Shown: in pieces, positions 46,838-57,968 of the stretch | Layout: each line of letters begins with the position of its first letter | Numbering within the stretch: position 1 is the stretch's first letter | DNA from: an uncultured archaeon | Lineage (GTDB): Archaea; Altiarchaeota; Altiarchaeia; IMC4; SCGC-AAA252-I15 | Direction of reading: 5' to 3' | Length of the DNA: 64,000 nt | Assembly (NCBI GenBank): GCA_964587725.1 | Contig: CAZPLO010000001.1 | Span: forward strand, 108,471 to 172,470 | The notes under the pieces: model-generated | What the model was told of the DNA's origin: nothing | What the model saw: only the letters and a program-made list of their open reading frames with translations | The model's database searches: none | Translations under genes and position numbers: made by a program

Positions 46838-48006
46838 ATGAAGTGAACGTAGCAGTAATAGGGGTGGGTTTGACCAGGTTCGGAGAGTTCTGGGAGAAAA
46901 GCTACCGCGACCTCATAACGGAGGCCGGCGTGCACGCCATAAAGGACGCGGGCATAGACGGCGTCGAAGTCGACGCACTGTATGTGGGCTCGATGACGCC
47001 CGGACTGTTCATACAGCAGGAGCACATCGGTGCGCTTGTTGCGGACAACTCCGGGCTGCTTGGGGTGCCGGCCACGCGAGTGGAGTCGGCCTGCGCGTCC
47101 GGGGGGGTTGCGCTGCGGCAGGCTTACCTCGCAATCAAAGCCGGCGTGGCGGACATTGTCGTCGCAGGCGGCGTGGAGAAGATGACCGACGTCAGCACCG
47201 AACACGCCACCGTCGCGTTGGCTGGGGCGGGCGACCAGGAGTGGGAGGCCTTCCACGGCGTGACGTTCCCGGCCATATACGCGCTGATGGCCCGCCGACA
47301 CATGATAGAGTACGGGACCACGGAGGAGCAGATGGCGATGGTGTCCGTGAAAAACCACCACAACGGCTCGTTGAACCCGAACGCACAGTACAGGAAAAAG
47401 TTCACGTTGGAGGACGTCATGGACTCGGCTCCCATAGCCGACCCGCTGAAGCTGCTCGACTGCTCTCCCATAACAGACGGGGCGGCGGCTGTGATACTGG
47501 CGAGCGAAGAAAAGGCGAAAGAGCTGTCAGACAAACCCGTATGGATTACCGGCAGCGGGCAGGCGTCCGACTCACTGGCATTGCACGACAGGAAGAGCAT
47601 GTGCAGGATCGATGCGGCCGTGAAGGCGTCGAAGACCGCTTACAAGATGGCGGGTGTTACGCCGAACGACATAGACTTCGCGGAAGTCCACGACTGCTTC
47701 ACCATAGCGGAGATAATGGCTGTTGAAAGCCTGGGGTTCTGCGAGCTCGGTTCCGGAGGAAGATTCACTGAAGACGGCGAGACCGCTTTGTACGGGAGCA
47801 AACCCGTCAACACCTCCGGAGGGCTGAAGGCGAAAGGCCACCCCGTCGGCGCCACCGGCATAGCGCAGGCCGTGGAGACGGTGCTGCAGCTGCGCGGGGA
47901 AGCGGACAAGAGACAGATAAAGGGTGCGAAGACCGGGTTGACGCATAACGTGGGGGGCAGCGGAGCTTCGTGCGTGGTTCACGTATTCCAGAAGGAGGTG
48001 GCATGA
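46834..48006 (+). CDS. Acetoacetyl-CoA thiolase
   Basis: [14 protein letters not shown] and [13 protein letters not shown]. Confidence 0.95.
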   Translation: MNEVNVAVIGVGLTRFGEFWEKSYRDLITEAGVHAIKDAGIDGVEVDALYVGSMTPGLFIQQEHIGALVADNSGLLGVPATRVESACASGGVALRQAYLAIKAGVADIVVAGGVEKMTDVSTEHATVALAGAGDQEWEAFHGVTFPAIYALMARRHMIEYGTTEEQMAMVSVKNHHNGSLNPNAQYRKKFTLEDVMDSAPIADPLKLLDCSPITDGAAAVILASEEKAKELSDKPVWITGSGQASDSLALHDRKSMCRIDAAVKASKTAYKMAGVTPNDIDFAEVHDCFTIAEIMAVESLGFCELGSGGRFTEDGETALYGSKPVNTSGGLKAKGHPVGATGIAQAVETVLQLRGEADKRQIKGAKTGLTHNVGGSGASCVVHVFQKEVA

Positions 48007-48407
48007 TGAGCGAAGGACTTGCGTTGCATTGGAGGCTGATCCCCCCCAGGTATAATCTCAGGGGGAGCGAGTGCAAGAACTGCGGACAACGGTTTTTTCC
48101 GCCCAGAAACATCTGCCCCGGCTGCAGGAGACGCAGCAGGATGGAGGCGTTCAAGTTCAGCGGGGAAGGGGAAGTTTTCAGCTACACGGTAGTGTATGCT
48201 GCGCCCACTGGATTCGAGTACCAGAAGCCGTATGTGGTGGCTGTGGTGAAACTGGATGAAGGCACTATGTGCACCGCCCAGGTGGTGGACTGCGAGTCCG
48301 GCGAGGTTAAAGTTGGCAGCAGGGTGGAGGCCGTGTTCAGGAAGATAATGGCGGACAAGGACTCAGGGATAATACGCTACGGATACAAGTTCAAACTGAA
48401 GAAATAA
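48003..48407 (+). CDS. DUF35 Zn-ribbon/OB-fold scaffold protein
   Basis: CKNC...FFPPRNICPGC, GEVFSYTVV and YGYKF; third gene of the HMGS-thiolase operon. Confidence 0.92.
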   Translation: MMSEGLALHWRLIPPRYNLRGSECKNCGQRFFPPRNICPGCRRRSRMEAFKFSGEGEVFSYTVVYAAPTGFEYQKPYVVAVVKLDEGTMCTAQVVDCESGEVKVGSRVEAVFRKIMADKDSGIIRYGYKFKLKK

Positions 48408-48464
48408 TTTACATATTTACATGCATAATTATGTACAATGTATGAATAATTTACATATGTAAAT
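48403..48464. repeat. AT-rich palindrome cluster between convergent genes
   Basis: 16-bp perfect palindrome atttacatatgtaaat (48449-48464), 10-bp palindrome cataattatg (48424-48433), and a 14-bp direct repeat at 48403 and 48445. Confidence 0.7.
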
Positions 48465-48473
48465 AAACAGATA

Positions 48474-48923
48474 TTAGTATTTTATTTCGTGCTGCACATG
48501 CTCCCTGGCCTTCTGTATCGGATGTCCCTTGGCTAGTATGACCATAGTCACCAACGCAACGACAAAGGACATGACGAAATAGCCGAGGCCGACAGACAAA
48601 CCGACCGCCGCCGAAACCCAGATGGCGGCGGCGGTGGTTATGCCGTGTATGATGTCGCCCTGCTGACGCCATATGACGCCGGCGCCGATGAAGCCCACGC
48701 CGGTCACAATCTGAGCCGCCACCCTCGAAGGCTCGCTGCCGACAGGGAAACCCAGAACCGACAACACCGTGAACAACGCAGAACCCATGCAGATGAGGCT
48801 GAATGTGCGCATGCCCGCGCCCTTTTCACCGCCCTTACGTTCTACGCCAATCATAAGCCCGAGGATAGCCGCGAACAAAACCCTCGCCAGCATCCCCAGC
48901 TCGACGTTCAAAGACTCCAGCAT
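48474..48923 (-). CDS. MgtC/SapB family membrane protein
   Basis: IGVER...AGMRTF, SRVAAQIVTGVGFIGAGVI and GITTAAAIWVSAAVG. Confidence 0.92.
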   Translation of the reverse strand: MLESLNVELGMLARVLFAAILGLMIGVERKGGEKGAGMRTFSLICMGSALFTVLSVLGFPVGSEPSRVAAQIVTGVGFIGAGVIWRQQGDIIHGITTAAAIWVSAAVGLSVGLGYFVMSFVVALVTMVILAKGHPIQKAREHVQHEIKY

Positions 48924-48955
48924 CCTGAATAACAAAGGGGAGGGAGGGTATAAAA

Positions 48956-50128
48956 CTAGAATGTCTGGGCCTTGCCCTCCAAGCACTTCCTGGTCATCTC
49001 GGTGACGTTCTCCAGCCAGTAGTCCGCTATCTCGACCGCCTTCTTCTCCAGCTTCTTCGGCCCCACCAGCTGCACGTCCGCCACCATCGGCTGGTCTATG
49101 GGATGGCCTATCTGGCTCAAAATCCGGACGTAAACCTGGTCCGCACCCTCGTCAGCTATGTCGCGGGCAATCTCCTTAGACAGCAGGTTATAGAGTTTGC
49201 CCACGTGGTTGACCGGGTTCTTCCCCGACGTCGCTTCCATACTCATGGGCCTGTACGGAGTGATTAGCCCGTTGGCTCGGTTGCCCCTGCCCACGGAGCC
49301 GTCGTCTCCCTGCTCCGCACTCGTGCCGGTGACGGTCAAGAACACGCTCTCGTTTTCTATGTCGTCGCCGGTGTTGATTTCCACCTTCACATCCTGGTCG
49401 GTGATGCCGGCGATGAAGTCCTTAGCCAGCCCTGTCATCTCCTCGATGATGCCCTCGTAGTCGCCGATGTTTTTGATGTGGCGGGACACCATGGCGTTGC
49501 AGATGGTCAGCACGATTTCATCCTTATGGCGTTCGCCCATCACCTTGATGTCCTCGCCGGACGCCTTCACCTTCTTCTTCATGGGACCGTTCATGTAGCG
49601 CTCCACTTCGTAGGTGAGCTGCTCGGTGATGGTGAACGGCGCGAACCCCACTCCGAACGACGTGTCGTTGGCCTTGGGTATGCCCTTCCGCTGGAACACC
49701 GAACGCAGGTCAGATGAGCCCAGGCCTATCTTCTGGTCCAACACCACCTCGTTGTCGATGTCCAGGTGGGGGAAATGCTTCTTCAGGTAGTTTCTGGCTG
49801 CCTCGACAGCCACTTCGCCGACGGGAACCGGGTCACCGTCGACCTCGGTTGTTGCTCGGCCGGACAGAAGAATGTATACGGGGGTGGCTATTTCACCCGC
49901 ACCCCACACGGGGTTGCTTCTTCCCCCAACCAACTCGACCTGGTCGGTGTTGTGGTGCATGATGTGCCCGAAACGCTTCATGTACTCGTTGGACAACGCC
50001 CAGCTCACTGTCTCGGCCAGGCCGTCGCATATGCTGTCCGGGTGCCCTATCCCCTTACGCTCAACCAGCTCAACATCCTGTTCAGCCAGCGGCTTCTCAT
50101 GGGGGGACTCAACATAAATGTTCCTCAT
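48956..50128 (-). CDS. mat: Archaeal-type S-adenosylmethionine synthetase
   Basis: [36 protein letters not shown] and [13 protein letters not shown]. Confidence 0.95.
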   Translation of the reverse strand: MRNIYVESPHEKPLAEQDVELVERKGIGHPDSICDGLAETVSWALSNEYMKRFGHIMHHNTDQVELVGGRSNPVWGAGEIATPVYILLSGRATTEVDGDPVPVGEVAVEAARNYLKKHFPHLDIDNEVVLDQKIGLGSSDLRSVFQRKGIPKANDTSFGVGFAPFTITEQLTYEVERYMNGPMKKKVKASGEDIKVMGERHKDEIVLTICNAMVSRHIKNIGDYEGIIEEMTGLAKDFIAGITDQDVKVEINTGDDIENESVFLTVTGTSAEQGDDGSVGRGNRANGLITPYRPMSMEATSGKNPVNHVGKLYNLLSKEIARDIADEGADQVYVRILSQIGHPIDQPMVADVQLVGPKKLEKKAVEIADYWLENVTEMTRKCLEGKAQTF

Positions 50129-50133
50129 TGTAA

Positions 50134-51075
50134 TCACTTGGATTTAGCGTCAGACAGACCGTCCGTGGATATCTCGAAAACGCACTCGGCGTCGGGCATG
50201 CTCGGAGAATCAATCAACGAGGCAATGCGCTTGCTGCCCTTGCTCTTCTTCAGGTAAACACGGAAGGTGCTGTGATGGCCGACTATGTGGCCTCCGATGG
50301 GTGTGGTGGGGTCTCCGAACATTATGTCCGGGCGGGCCATCACCTGATTAGTCACTATCACAGCAACGTTGTGCAGGTCGGCCATCTTCCGCTGGAGGGT
50401 GTGCATGTGGCGGTTCAATTTCTGCTGGCGTGAGGCCAGAGTGCCCCTCCCAACGTATTCGGCGCGGAAGTGCGCGGTCAACGAATCCACTATCACGATT
50501 TTGATGTCCTTCTCCTTCACAATCTCGGCTGCTTTCTCGGCCAAAAGCATCTGGTGGTCGCTGTTGTATGCGCGCGCCACCATGATGTTGGCGAGGGCGT
50601 CCTCCGGTTTTATCTTGGCGGCCTTGGCCATCTGCTGGATTCTCTCAGGCCTGAAAGTGTTTTCTGTGTCGATGTATATTGCACCGCCTTCCAGGCCGCC
50701 CTTAGACTTGGGGAGCTGGGCGTTGACAGCCAGCTGGTGCGCCACCTGTGTTTTACCGGAGCCGAATTTTCCGAACAATTCGGTGATGGCCTGCGTCTCT
50801 ATTCCGCCTCCGAAGAGTTTGTCGAATTCCTTGCTGCCGGTTGTGAGTTTACCCACCAAGTCCCGCTTCGCAAGAACGTCCAAGCCGGATTCGAATCCCA
50901 TCTTCAGGGATTCGCGCGCGGCGCCGATGATTTTCACCGCCGTGGCCTCGCCTATGCCGACGTCCTTCAGCTCGCCGGTGGATGCTGTTGCCACAGCCTC
51001 CACGCTCGTGTAGCCCGACTCCTTGAGTTTCTCGGCGATGGTTGCGCCAACACCCGTCAAATCCTCCAATTCCAT
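50134..51075 (-). CDS. radA: DNA repair and recombination protein RadA
   Basis: [30 protein letters not shown] and GGHIVGH; no intein. Confidence 0.97.
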   Translation of the reverse strand: MELEDLTGVGATIAEKLKESGYTSVEAVATASTGELKDVGIGEATAVKIIGAARESLKMGFESGLDVLAKRDLVGKLTTGSKEFDKLFGGGIETQAITELFGKFGSGKTQVAHQLAVNAQLPKSKGGLEGGAIYIDTENTFRPERIQQMAKAAKIKPEDALANIMVARAYNSDHQMLLAEKAAEIVKEKDIKIVIVDSLTAHFRAEYVGRGTLASRQQKLNRHMHTLQRKMADLHNVAVIVTNQVMARPDIMFGDPTTPIGGHIVGHHSTFRVYLKKSKGSKRIASLIDSPSMPDAECVFEISTDGLSDAKSK

Positions 51076-51141
51076 CGTAGAAGCCTTAGTTTATTGTAGT
51101 CCGGTTTATTAAATAGCTGGTCGTGAGTGCTGCGGAAAAGT

Positions 51142-53049
51142 TTAACTGTCCACTATTTTGTCGAGCTTCTTCACCAGCGGACCGCCCTTCACCAGCGAGT
51201 GCTTAAGCACGTCCACCAGCGTCTTTGCGGAAGCGACCTCTATCTGACCCTCATACTTCTTCTCCAACAGCACGTCTTTCACGTTGCTCTCGGGGATGAT
51301 GACCCTCTTCAATCCCGCTTCGACTGCGGCCTCTATCTTCTGGGTGACGCCGCCCACCGGCAGCACTTCGCCGCGCACGGTGAGGGAGCCGGTCATTGCC
51401 ACATCCTGCCGGACCGCAACCTTCTCCAACGCAGACATTACCGCCACCGCCACACTCACTGACGCGCTGTCGCCCTCCACACCCTCGTAGGTCTGGAGGA
51501 ACTGGATGTGTATGTCGTGGTTGCTTATGTGCTTGCCGGATATCTTCTTGATTAATGCGGACACGTTTGTTACAGCCTCCTTAGCAATCTCCCCCAGCTT
51601 GCCGGTGGCGACTATCTGCCCGCTCTTCTGGCTGTGCGCAGGCGCAACCTCCGCCACAATCGGGAGTACGGTGCCGCCGTCGCCCATCACCGCCAGACCG
51701 TTCACCCTCCCTATCTTGCTGCCTTCGGTCACGAGTATCTCGTACTCCTTCTTCCTTTCGAGGTAGACGTCGCCGACCTGCTGCTCCAACGTCCGCGCGC
51801 TCTTCTTGCCTTCGAGAACATCGTCTGCAGTGACGTATTTGTGTTTTCTCTCGTTGGCTATGTCCCCAGCCGCCCTTATCAGGCCGCCGAGCTCTCTGAA
51901 GCGGAGGGTGAGTTTGTCCCTGGTTCCGGCGCGGCGCTTAGCCTCCCGTATGATCTCCTCCACCGCCTCCACAGTAAAATGCGGTATCTTCCCGTCCTTA
52001 ACAATCTCCTGAGTCACGAACTGCACCATCTTCCTGCGGTTCTCGTCGCTGTCTTCTATGTGTTCTTTCATGAACACCTCGTAGCCGTAACCCCGTATCC
52101 TCGACCGCAGCGCAGGATGCATCTGCTCTATCACCTGTATGTTCCCTGAAGCAACCAGTATGAAGTCGCATGGGACCGGGTCGGTCATCACCATCGCGCC
52201 GCTGCTCATCTCACTCCTCCCGGTTATTGGAAGCTGTTTCTCCTGTATCGCGGTCAGCAGGTCCAGCTGGGAGTTGCCCAAAGTTCCTATTTCGTCGATG
52301 AACAACACGCCCTTGTGGGCTTTGTGTATCAGGCCTGCTACCACACGGAGGTGGGCGGGCGTCCCCAACCCCCCGGACTGCAGGGGGTCGTGCTTGATGT
52401 CGCCGAGCAATGCGCCGGCGTGCGCGCCGGTGCCCTCGTAGAACGGCGCTGTCTCGTGTTCGGCGTTGTCCACTATAAGGCGGGGGGCGTTGGTCTTCTG
52501 CGGCCCCATCATAAAACGTATGTTGACCCCGAACAATAGGAAAAACACTATCCCGAACGCCATCATCGCCGCAATGATTATGCCGTCTGTTACGACGCCG
52601 AATATGTATAATGCGAGCGGCAGGAGGAAGAACACGAACAACAGCAATGGAATCCTGGACCCCCCTCCCTTCGAGGAGGCGGACTCCTGCTCCCTGGATG
52701 CCTTGACAATCTTCCGGCCTTCTCCTGCGGGAACCACCTTGATTTTGGGGTTGTTTTCGTCGTCGGGGTTGGCGACCGCCAGCATGTCAACCAACACCTC
52801 GCTGGGTAGCAGTTCCGCCATAGCGTTGGCGAGCATGCTCTTCCCCGTACCCGGCTCCCCAATCAAAAGAAGGTGTCTCCGCTGCTTCGCAGCCTTTTTT
52901 ATGATATCGACGGCCTTCTCCTGGCCTATGACCTGGTCTATCAGCTTCTCAGGGACCTTGACTTCGTCGGTTGTCTTGAAGTCGTCCCACGACTTCATGT
53001 CGGCGGCGTCCTTCCCCGGCTTCTCCGGTTTAACGTCTTCTTCAGGCAT
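51142..53049 (-). CDS. lonB: Archaeal membrane-anchored Lon protease (LonB)
   Basis: GEPGTGKS, two transmembrane helices inserted in the AAA domain, EGDSAS (Ser) and GGVTQK (Lys). Confidence 0.95.
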   Translation of the reverse strand: MPEEDVKPEKPGKDAADMKSWDDFKTTDEVKVPEKLIDQVIGQEKAVDIIKKAAKQRRHLLLIGEPGTGKSMLANAMAELLPSEVLVDMLAVANPDDENNPKIKVVPAGEGRKIVKASREQESASSKGGGSRIPLLLFVFFLLPLALYIFGVVTDGIIIAAMMAFGIVFFLLFGVNIRFMMGPQKTNAPRLIVDNAEHETAPFYEGTGAHAGALLGDIKHDPLQSGGLGTPAHLRVVAGLIHKAHKGVLFIDEIGTLGNSQLDLLTAIQEKQLPITGRSEMSSGAMVMTDPVPCDFILVASGNIQVIEQMHPALRSRIRGYGYEVFMKEHIEDSDENRRKMVQFVTQEIVKDGKIPHFTVEAVEEIIREAKRRAGTRDKLTLRFRELGGLIRAAGDIANERKHKYVTADDVLEGKKSARTLEQQVGDVYLERKKEYEILVTEGSKIGRVNGLAVMGDGGTVLPIVAEVAPAHSQKSGQIVATGKLGEIAKEAVTNVSALIKKISGKHISNHDIHIQFLQTYEGVEGDSASVSVAVAVMSALEKVAVRQDVAMTGSLTVRGEVLPVGGVTQKIEAAVEAGLKRVIIPESNVKDVLLEKKYEGQIEVASAKTLVDVLKHSLVKGGPLVKKLDKIVDS

Positions 53050-53091
53050 TTGAGAACAAGTATCTCTAGCAAACCACCGCTTAAATACGTT

Positions 53092-54063
53092 TCACCACGT
53101 GACCTCTATGCTGTCGGTCCGCTGGCTGCTGTCGACCACCGATTCCGCCAGACCCATTCTCACACCCGCAGAGTGCATCTTCTGCGCAGTCAACCCTATC
53201 ATGACGCCGTTGTCGCCCATGTACTCCGCAGGAAGGTCGAATCGGGCACCGTGTTCTTCAGACACGAGGCGGAGCATCTCCTGAAGGCGTTTGTTGTATC
53301 CTACCCCTCCCGCCAACAGTACTTCATCGGCTTTCAAGTGGGCTAACGCCCTTTCAGTGACCTCGCACAGCATGGCGAACGCCGTCTCCTGAAGCGAGAA
53401 ACAAATGTCTTCCAGTGGAACGCCTTTACCGTGTTTCTGGAGTGCGGCGGTTAGTATGCCCGAAAAGCTCATGTCAGTGCCCTTGACTACGTAGGGGAGT
53501 TCAACATACTCGGCGCCTTCTCTGGCCAGCTCCTCAATCTTCGGCCCAGCAGGATGCTGTAACCCTACTTCGCGGCCGAACTTGTCCAGCATGTTGCCGA
53601 CGCCCACGTCCAAGGTCTCGCCGAACACCCTGTAGCGGCCGTCCTTGAGCTTGATTACCTGGCTGTTGGCGCCGCTGACGTAGAGGACGAGTGGGTCCGT
53701 GAATCCGCTGAATACTTTGCCGACTTCGATGTGGGCTACGCAGTGGTTGACACCCAGCAAAGGTTTACTGTGGTAGAGTGAGAGGGTTCTTGCTGCGGTT
53801 GCCACCGTCCTCAAACACGGTCCGAGGCCAGGGCCCTGGCTGAACGACACCAACCCCGCGTCCTCCATCCGGATGCCGGCTTCGCCCAACGCCCTGTAGA
53901 CCGCGTCTTTCATCACCGCACCCATATGCTGGGACGCGTCCCTCGGATGTATGCCGCCCTCCTCCGGCTTATAGGTTTCGCGGACGTCCGCCAACACCTC
54001 AAACCCGTCGACCACGCCGACACCCAAGGTGTGGGCGGTGCCCTCCAAACCCAAGACGATCAT
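53092..54063 (-). CDS. kae1: KEOPS t6A synthase Kae1 (not fused to Bud32)
   Basis: LEGTAH, GPGLGPCL, VNHCVAHIE, ETLDVGVGNMLDKF and DNGVMI. Confidence 0.95.
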   Translation of the reverse strand: MIVLGLEGTAHTLGVGVVDGFEVLADVRETYKPEEGGIHPRDASQHMGAVMKDAVYRALGEAGIRMEDAGLVSFSQGPGLGPCLRTVATAARTLSLYHSKPLLGVNHCVAHIEVGKVFSGFTDPLVLYVSGANSQVIKLKDGRYRVFGETLDVGVGNMLDKFGREVGLQHPAGPKIEELAREGAEYVELPYVVKGTDMSFSGILTAALQKHGKGVPLEDICFSLQETAFAMLCEVTERALAHLKADEVLLAGGVGYNKRLQEMLRLVSEEHGARFDLPAEYMGDNGVMIGLTAQKMHSAGVRMGLAESVVDSSQRTDSIEVTW

Positions 54064-54148
54064 GGAATAACATGAGGAGGCATAGTATTATTAATATGAT
54101 GTTGAGGAGATGTTCGAAGGTTTCAGTAGGCTGGGTGAACGCAACTAG

Positions 54149-54646
54149 TCACTTCAAATCGTTCGTCAGCTTCGGCTTGAACAGTTTCCTGAAAAGATCG
54201 GGGCCCTTAGACCCTATGTCGTCCTTGGCTATGAAGGCGTCCGCCTTGAGGAGGCGGGCGTCGTCCTCGTATCCCCGCTGGTCGGATTCGAGGACCACCG
54301 GCACCCCTGGGACAATCCTCTTCGCCTCCCCTATCATCCGCAGGCCGCACCGTTCGGTGTCGTCGTGTTTGCCCGGCTGCGGCAGGTCGGGGTAGTAGTT
54401 CACGTCGGTAACTACCCCGCAGACCCTGTGCGCGTTTTTCCTGAGTATGTCGACCGCCACAGAGTATGTGTCAGTGGCTTCCACGTCGATTGCAGCCTTG
54501 AATGCCTTGCGTAATGCAGCAACGATAATCTCCTGGTGGGGTGTGCTGTCTTCAGCCACGACCACTAGCGGTTTAGGGGAGCCCATAATCTGCCCGTTGA
54601 ATGAGTCGGACTTTTCACGCTGTCCGCCGGCTGTGGCCTGCATCAT
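54149..54646 (-). CDS. Stand-alone response-regulator receiver domain
   Basis: VVVAED, VTD (phospho-acceptor position), LES and FIAK. Confidence 0.7.
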   Translation of the reverse strand: MMQATAGGQREKSDSFNGQIMGSPKPLVVVAEDSTPHQEIIVAALRKAFKAAIDVEATDTYSVAVDILRKNAHRVCGVVTDVNYYPDLPQPGKHDDTERCGLRMIGEAKRIVPGVPVVLESDQRGYEDDARLLKADAFIAKDDIGSKGPDLFRKLFKPKLTNDLK

Positions 54647-54683
54647 TTAAAATATTAAGGCCTGAAGCCGTATTATATCCACG

Positions 54684-55196
54684 ATGGCGTACGGCATACT
54701 GTCTGGGATGAAGGTGTTGGTGGGGGACTCTGACTTGAAGAGCCAGTTGAAGGACCGCGGCTTCGGCGAAATCAAGGGGAAGGCGCTGGTGCTGTCGCTG
54801 ATAGAGGCAGCGTATCTGGCAGAGTCGGAGAAACTGGAGGTGGTTAAGGGCAAGAAGACGCTGACGTTTGAGGATATAGTGAATGTCGGCGGCAAGAAGG
54901 AGGAGGAGTTCTTGAACAAATACCTCGTCTATAAGGACCTCCGGGAACGCGGCATGCTGGTGCGCACGGGACTGAAGTTCGGCACTGATTTCAGACTATA
55001 CGACCGCGGCAGCAAACTCGGGAAATCCCACAGCAAATACCTGGTGCATGTGGTGCCCGAGGAATACACGTGCAGCTTCCCCGAGATGGCACGCGCCCTG
55101 CGGCTCGCGAAAAACGTGAACAAGGACATGATATACGCGATAGTCGACGAAGAAGGAGACATCACCTACTACCTCGTCGACAGGATGAAACTGTGA
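54684..55196 (+). CDS. endA: tRNA-splicing endonuclease (catalytic alpha subunit)
   Basis: LSLIEAAYL, VYKDLRERG, GLKFGTDFRLY, HS and K triad, and AIVDEEGDITYY. Confidence 0.93.
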   Translation: MAYGILSGMKVLVGDSDLKSQLKDRGFGEIKGKALVLSLIEAAYLAESEKLEVVKGKKTLTFEDIVNVGGKKEEEFLNKYLVYKDLRERGMLVRTGLKFGTDFRLYDRGSKLGKSHSKYLVHVVPEEYTCSFPEMARALRLAKNVNKDMIYAIVDEEGDITYYLVDRMKL

Positions 55197-55198
55197 AT

Positions 55199-55840
55199 TT
55201 AGTAGATTGTCCTGTGGTCCACGTCTATGAAGCTTTGGCTCATATTGGCTACTGTCCCCCGGACGTCAATCGGCGCGTCCGGTTTGGAGAGGATTCCAAT
55301 CAACGGCGAAGACACCAGGGTAGTGGTTTGGCATCTCTCCCTTAAGGCAGGGTCGGTTTTAAGGTAGGATGGAGAAGCCCCCGGTATGTTCGTGTCCACG
55401 CGTTCCTTGATGCGCACATAATATGTGTCTCTAACGCCCGCCGAATCAGGCTCCGAGAATGCTAGTATGGAGCCGGATTCAGTCAATGCGATGACGGCTG
55501 CGCTGGTGTCTTTGTCCACGTAGTCCATCTGCTTCAAACCAGCTTCCACGCCGATTTCAGTGAACACCGCCCGCTTGGTCAGCCAGTTCAACGCCATAGC
55601 CTCCCGGAAATCCTCCCGCGACCTGCCCGCACCCTTGAGGGGGTAGGCTTCGTCGGCCATACCACGAACCCGCATCCGATAGTCCTCAGGAACCATGCCC
55701 AGGAAGGTTTCTCCAGCACCCTTGCGCCTAGTCAAATCATCCATAACCCTCTGAACCCGCACCTCAGAGCCTCTGTACAGCCCCGGCAGGTTCCGGTCAG
55801 GGCCCTGCCCCCTCTTCGGAGCCGGGGAACGCGCAATCAC
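55199..55840 (-). CDS. Hypothetical protein
   Basis: 213-aa ORF filling the gap between endA and the transglutaminase gene; no motif recognised. Confidence 0.6.
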   Translation of the reverse strand: MIARSPAPKRGQGPDRNLPGLYRGSEVRVQRVMDDLTRRKGAGETFLGMVPEDYRMRVRGMADEAYPLKGAGRSREDFREAMALNWLTKRAVFTEIGVEAGLKQMDYVDKDTSAAVIALTESGSILAFSEPDSAGVRDTYYVRIKERVDTNIPGASPSYLKTDPALRERCQTTTLVSSPLIGILSKPDAPIDVRGTVANMSQSFIDVDHRTIY

Positions 55841-55871
55841 ATTACTATACGGGAGCGGACGGGTAATAAAT

Positions 55872-57500
55872 TCAACTCAGATATATCTTCTCCTCGACAG
55901 TAATTTCCGGTTTCTGTTTGCCGTGTGTGTAGGTGTATGTTAAACCGCAGTGGTAGGCTGTTTCACCGACGCATGCGGTGATGTGTTTGTTGTCTGAGGC
56001 GTGGGGTTGGTTGGGTTTCTTGGCGGACGGGTCTATGTAAGTCCATGAGCCGTCGTAGTATTCCGCCCAGGCGTGGCCGCGGAGGTCGCTGGCGTTTACG
56101 AGGGAGCCGGATACTCTCCTCGCTGGTATGCCGGCGCACCGGGCCATTGCTATGAACAGGTCGGCGTGTTCGTCGCATGCTCCGCGGCGGTTGATGAAAC
56201 AGTGTTCGGCGCCGAGTTCCTGGCTGTTGTATTCGTACTCGATGTTGTTTCGTATCCAACCCTGTATGCGGCTGACAACTGTGGAGGTGTCGGTGCGGTT
56301 GCCCTTCAGTATGCCGGCGCGGTAGCAGATGTCGTCTGTTGTCGGGCTGAAGTCGTTCTCCAGCAGGTACAGGGAGGTGAAGTAGTCCTGCTCCGCCTTC
56401 ACCGGAGGCGGCATGCGGTGGAGTTCGATTTCATGCGTCACAGAAAATTCCTTAACTCCGTAGGCGGGCATGGGGAAACTGTAAATGTAGAAGACGCCCC
56501 CCACCGTGGTGTGCACCTCATCCGGTTCAGGGTCGAATGAAGAGGAGAGAAGACGCTGCTGGGGCTGATAATCTATGACAGGAGAGCTGACATTCAATGT
56601 GACTGAGGCTTCGCCGCCCTCGTTCCTGACCACCACCTGCTTCGTCACGTTCAAACTTATCGCGCAGGGGCGGCGGCATATGCTTCCGCAGTCCACGGAC
56701 TCCTCGCCCTCGTCGACCACATGGTTTACGCAGTTGTACTGTATGGTGTTGTATCTGTCGACCGCCGAATTGTATGTTACAACGAAGGAGCGGTCCATGT
56801 CCCCGGCGTCCGCGAACAGCCGGTTGGCTGTGAGCCGGTAGCCGTCGACTCCTGTGTTGGCGTACAACACCATGTTGTGCACCGCCTCCAAGTATGTGCC
56901 GAGGGTGTCGTTGAAATCCCGCTTCAGATAACCGAGGGATTGTGGGGGGTCGGCCGCCGCCAGCCGCACCCGCAACTGCTCAGACAACCCGTAGGTGTCC
57001 AAGGCCGCGGCCTTCAGCGCGGTGGTGTCCTGGTCGCTGTTGTATGCGCGGATGGCTTCAGTGTATTCCGCAGAGGACTCCTCCCACTCCTTCCGCATGC
57101 TGCTCACACGGGTGAGGTAGGTGAGTTCAGGTGACTCGCAAGGCGTGCACGGGCCTCCGCAGTCCACGTCGTCTTCGCCCTGGTTCCGTACGCCGTCGAC
57201 GCAGGAGGGGGTGCAGTCCCTAGGGCAGGAGGGGTGGTTTTCACCCTCCTCGCAGACTCCGTTGCCGCAGCAGCCCTGCAGGCGCTGGGGCAGACACTCA
57301 CCTGAGAAGCACGCGTACTCCATGCAGCCTCCCCGGCCGAAGCATCCGTCGACGGGGCCCGAAAGCGGCCGATGCTGGCAGACGCCGTCGACGCAGGAGT
57401 CGAAGGTGCAGGGATTAGAGTCGTCGCAGCCCATGCAGGAGAGCTGGGTGCACCCTGAAAACAGGACCAGAAAAAAGATGAAGTATTTCCTCACCGTCAC
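55872..57500 (-). CDS. Secreted/lipoprotein transglutaminase-like protein with Cys-rich repeats
   Basis: FLVLFSGC leader; CDDSNPCTFDSC and DGVRNQGEDDVDCGGPC repeats; catalytic triad GACDEH, GHAWAE and YIDP. Confidence 0.85.
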   Translation of the reverse strand: MTVRKYFIFFLVLFSGCTQLSCMGCDDSNPCTFDSCVDGVCQHRPLSGPVDGCFGRGGCMEYACFSGECLPQRLQGCCGNGVCEEGENHPSCPRDCTPSCVDGVRNQGEDDVDCGGPCTPCESPELTYLTRVSSMRKEWEESSAEYTEAIRAYNSDQDTTALKAAALDTYGLSEQLRVRLAAADPPQSLGYLKRDFNDTLGTYLEAVHNMVLYANTGVDGYRLTANRLFADAGDMDRSFVVTYNSAVDRYNTIQYNCVNHVVDEGEESVDCGSICRRPCAISLNVTKQVVVRNEGGEASVTLNVSSPVIDYQPQQRLLSSSFDPEPDEVHTTVGGVFYIYSFPMPAYGVKEFSVTHEIELHRMPPPVKAEQDYFTSLYLLENDFSPTTDDICYRAGILKGNRTDTSTVVSRIQGWIRNNIEYEYNSQELGAEHCFINRRGACDEHADLFIAMARCAGIPARRVSGSLVNASDLRGHAWAEYYDGSWTYIDPSAKKPNQPHASDNKHITACVGETAYHCGLTYTYTHGKQKPEITVEEKIYLS

Positions 57501-57910
57501 TCCCCCTCGTCTGCAGGCTGCCGGGGGTCAATGAAGTCCTTAACGTATTTCTTCGCCACCTCAGGGTCAGCCTCCTCCTTCGTGGACGGGAGGTTGAGGT
57601 CCTGCAAATCCGACTCCACGGAAGACAACGCCTCCATCAGCCGGGTGAACTCCTCCGACTCCCCCGACGGGAGAGCGTATTCTGCAATGCATGTGACGCA
57701 TTCGACGGTGGGTTTAACGTGCAGTCGGTGGGTTGACGTCAACACGCCGTCGGCTTCCCGGACGAAACCCACCTTCAGAAGAAGCTCCTTCACGGCGCCA
57801 GCTGAGTCCCCCGCCACTTCAGCGAGCTTATCCTCCCGCAGCTCACCCTCACGCCTAAGCCTCTCCACCACCTCATAGAGGACGGCGGAGCGGGTTGCCC
57901 CGGACGCCAC
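57497..57910 (-). CDS. Hypothetical protein
   Basis: 137-aa ORF whose stop codon overlaps the start codon of the downstream gene. Confidence 0.6.
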   Translation of the reverse strand: MASGATRSAVLYEVVERLRREGELREDKLAEVAGDSAGAVKELLLKVGFVREADGVLTSTHRLHVKPTVECVTCIAEYALPSGESEEFTRLMEALSSVESDLQDLNLPSTKEEADPEVAKKYVKDFIDPRQPADEGE

Positions 57911-57968
57911 ATAAGAATATCCACTGCAGAGTTAAATAAAAAGAAATAAAGGTAAAGGATTTTACGGT

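Noticed and set aside
42953-51075. Inteins in MCM or RadA (also checked RFC, Lon and ligase)
   Set aside because: Lengths are normal and the motifs are contiguous, with no C...HN insertions.
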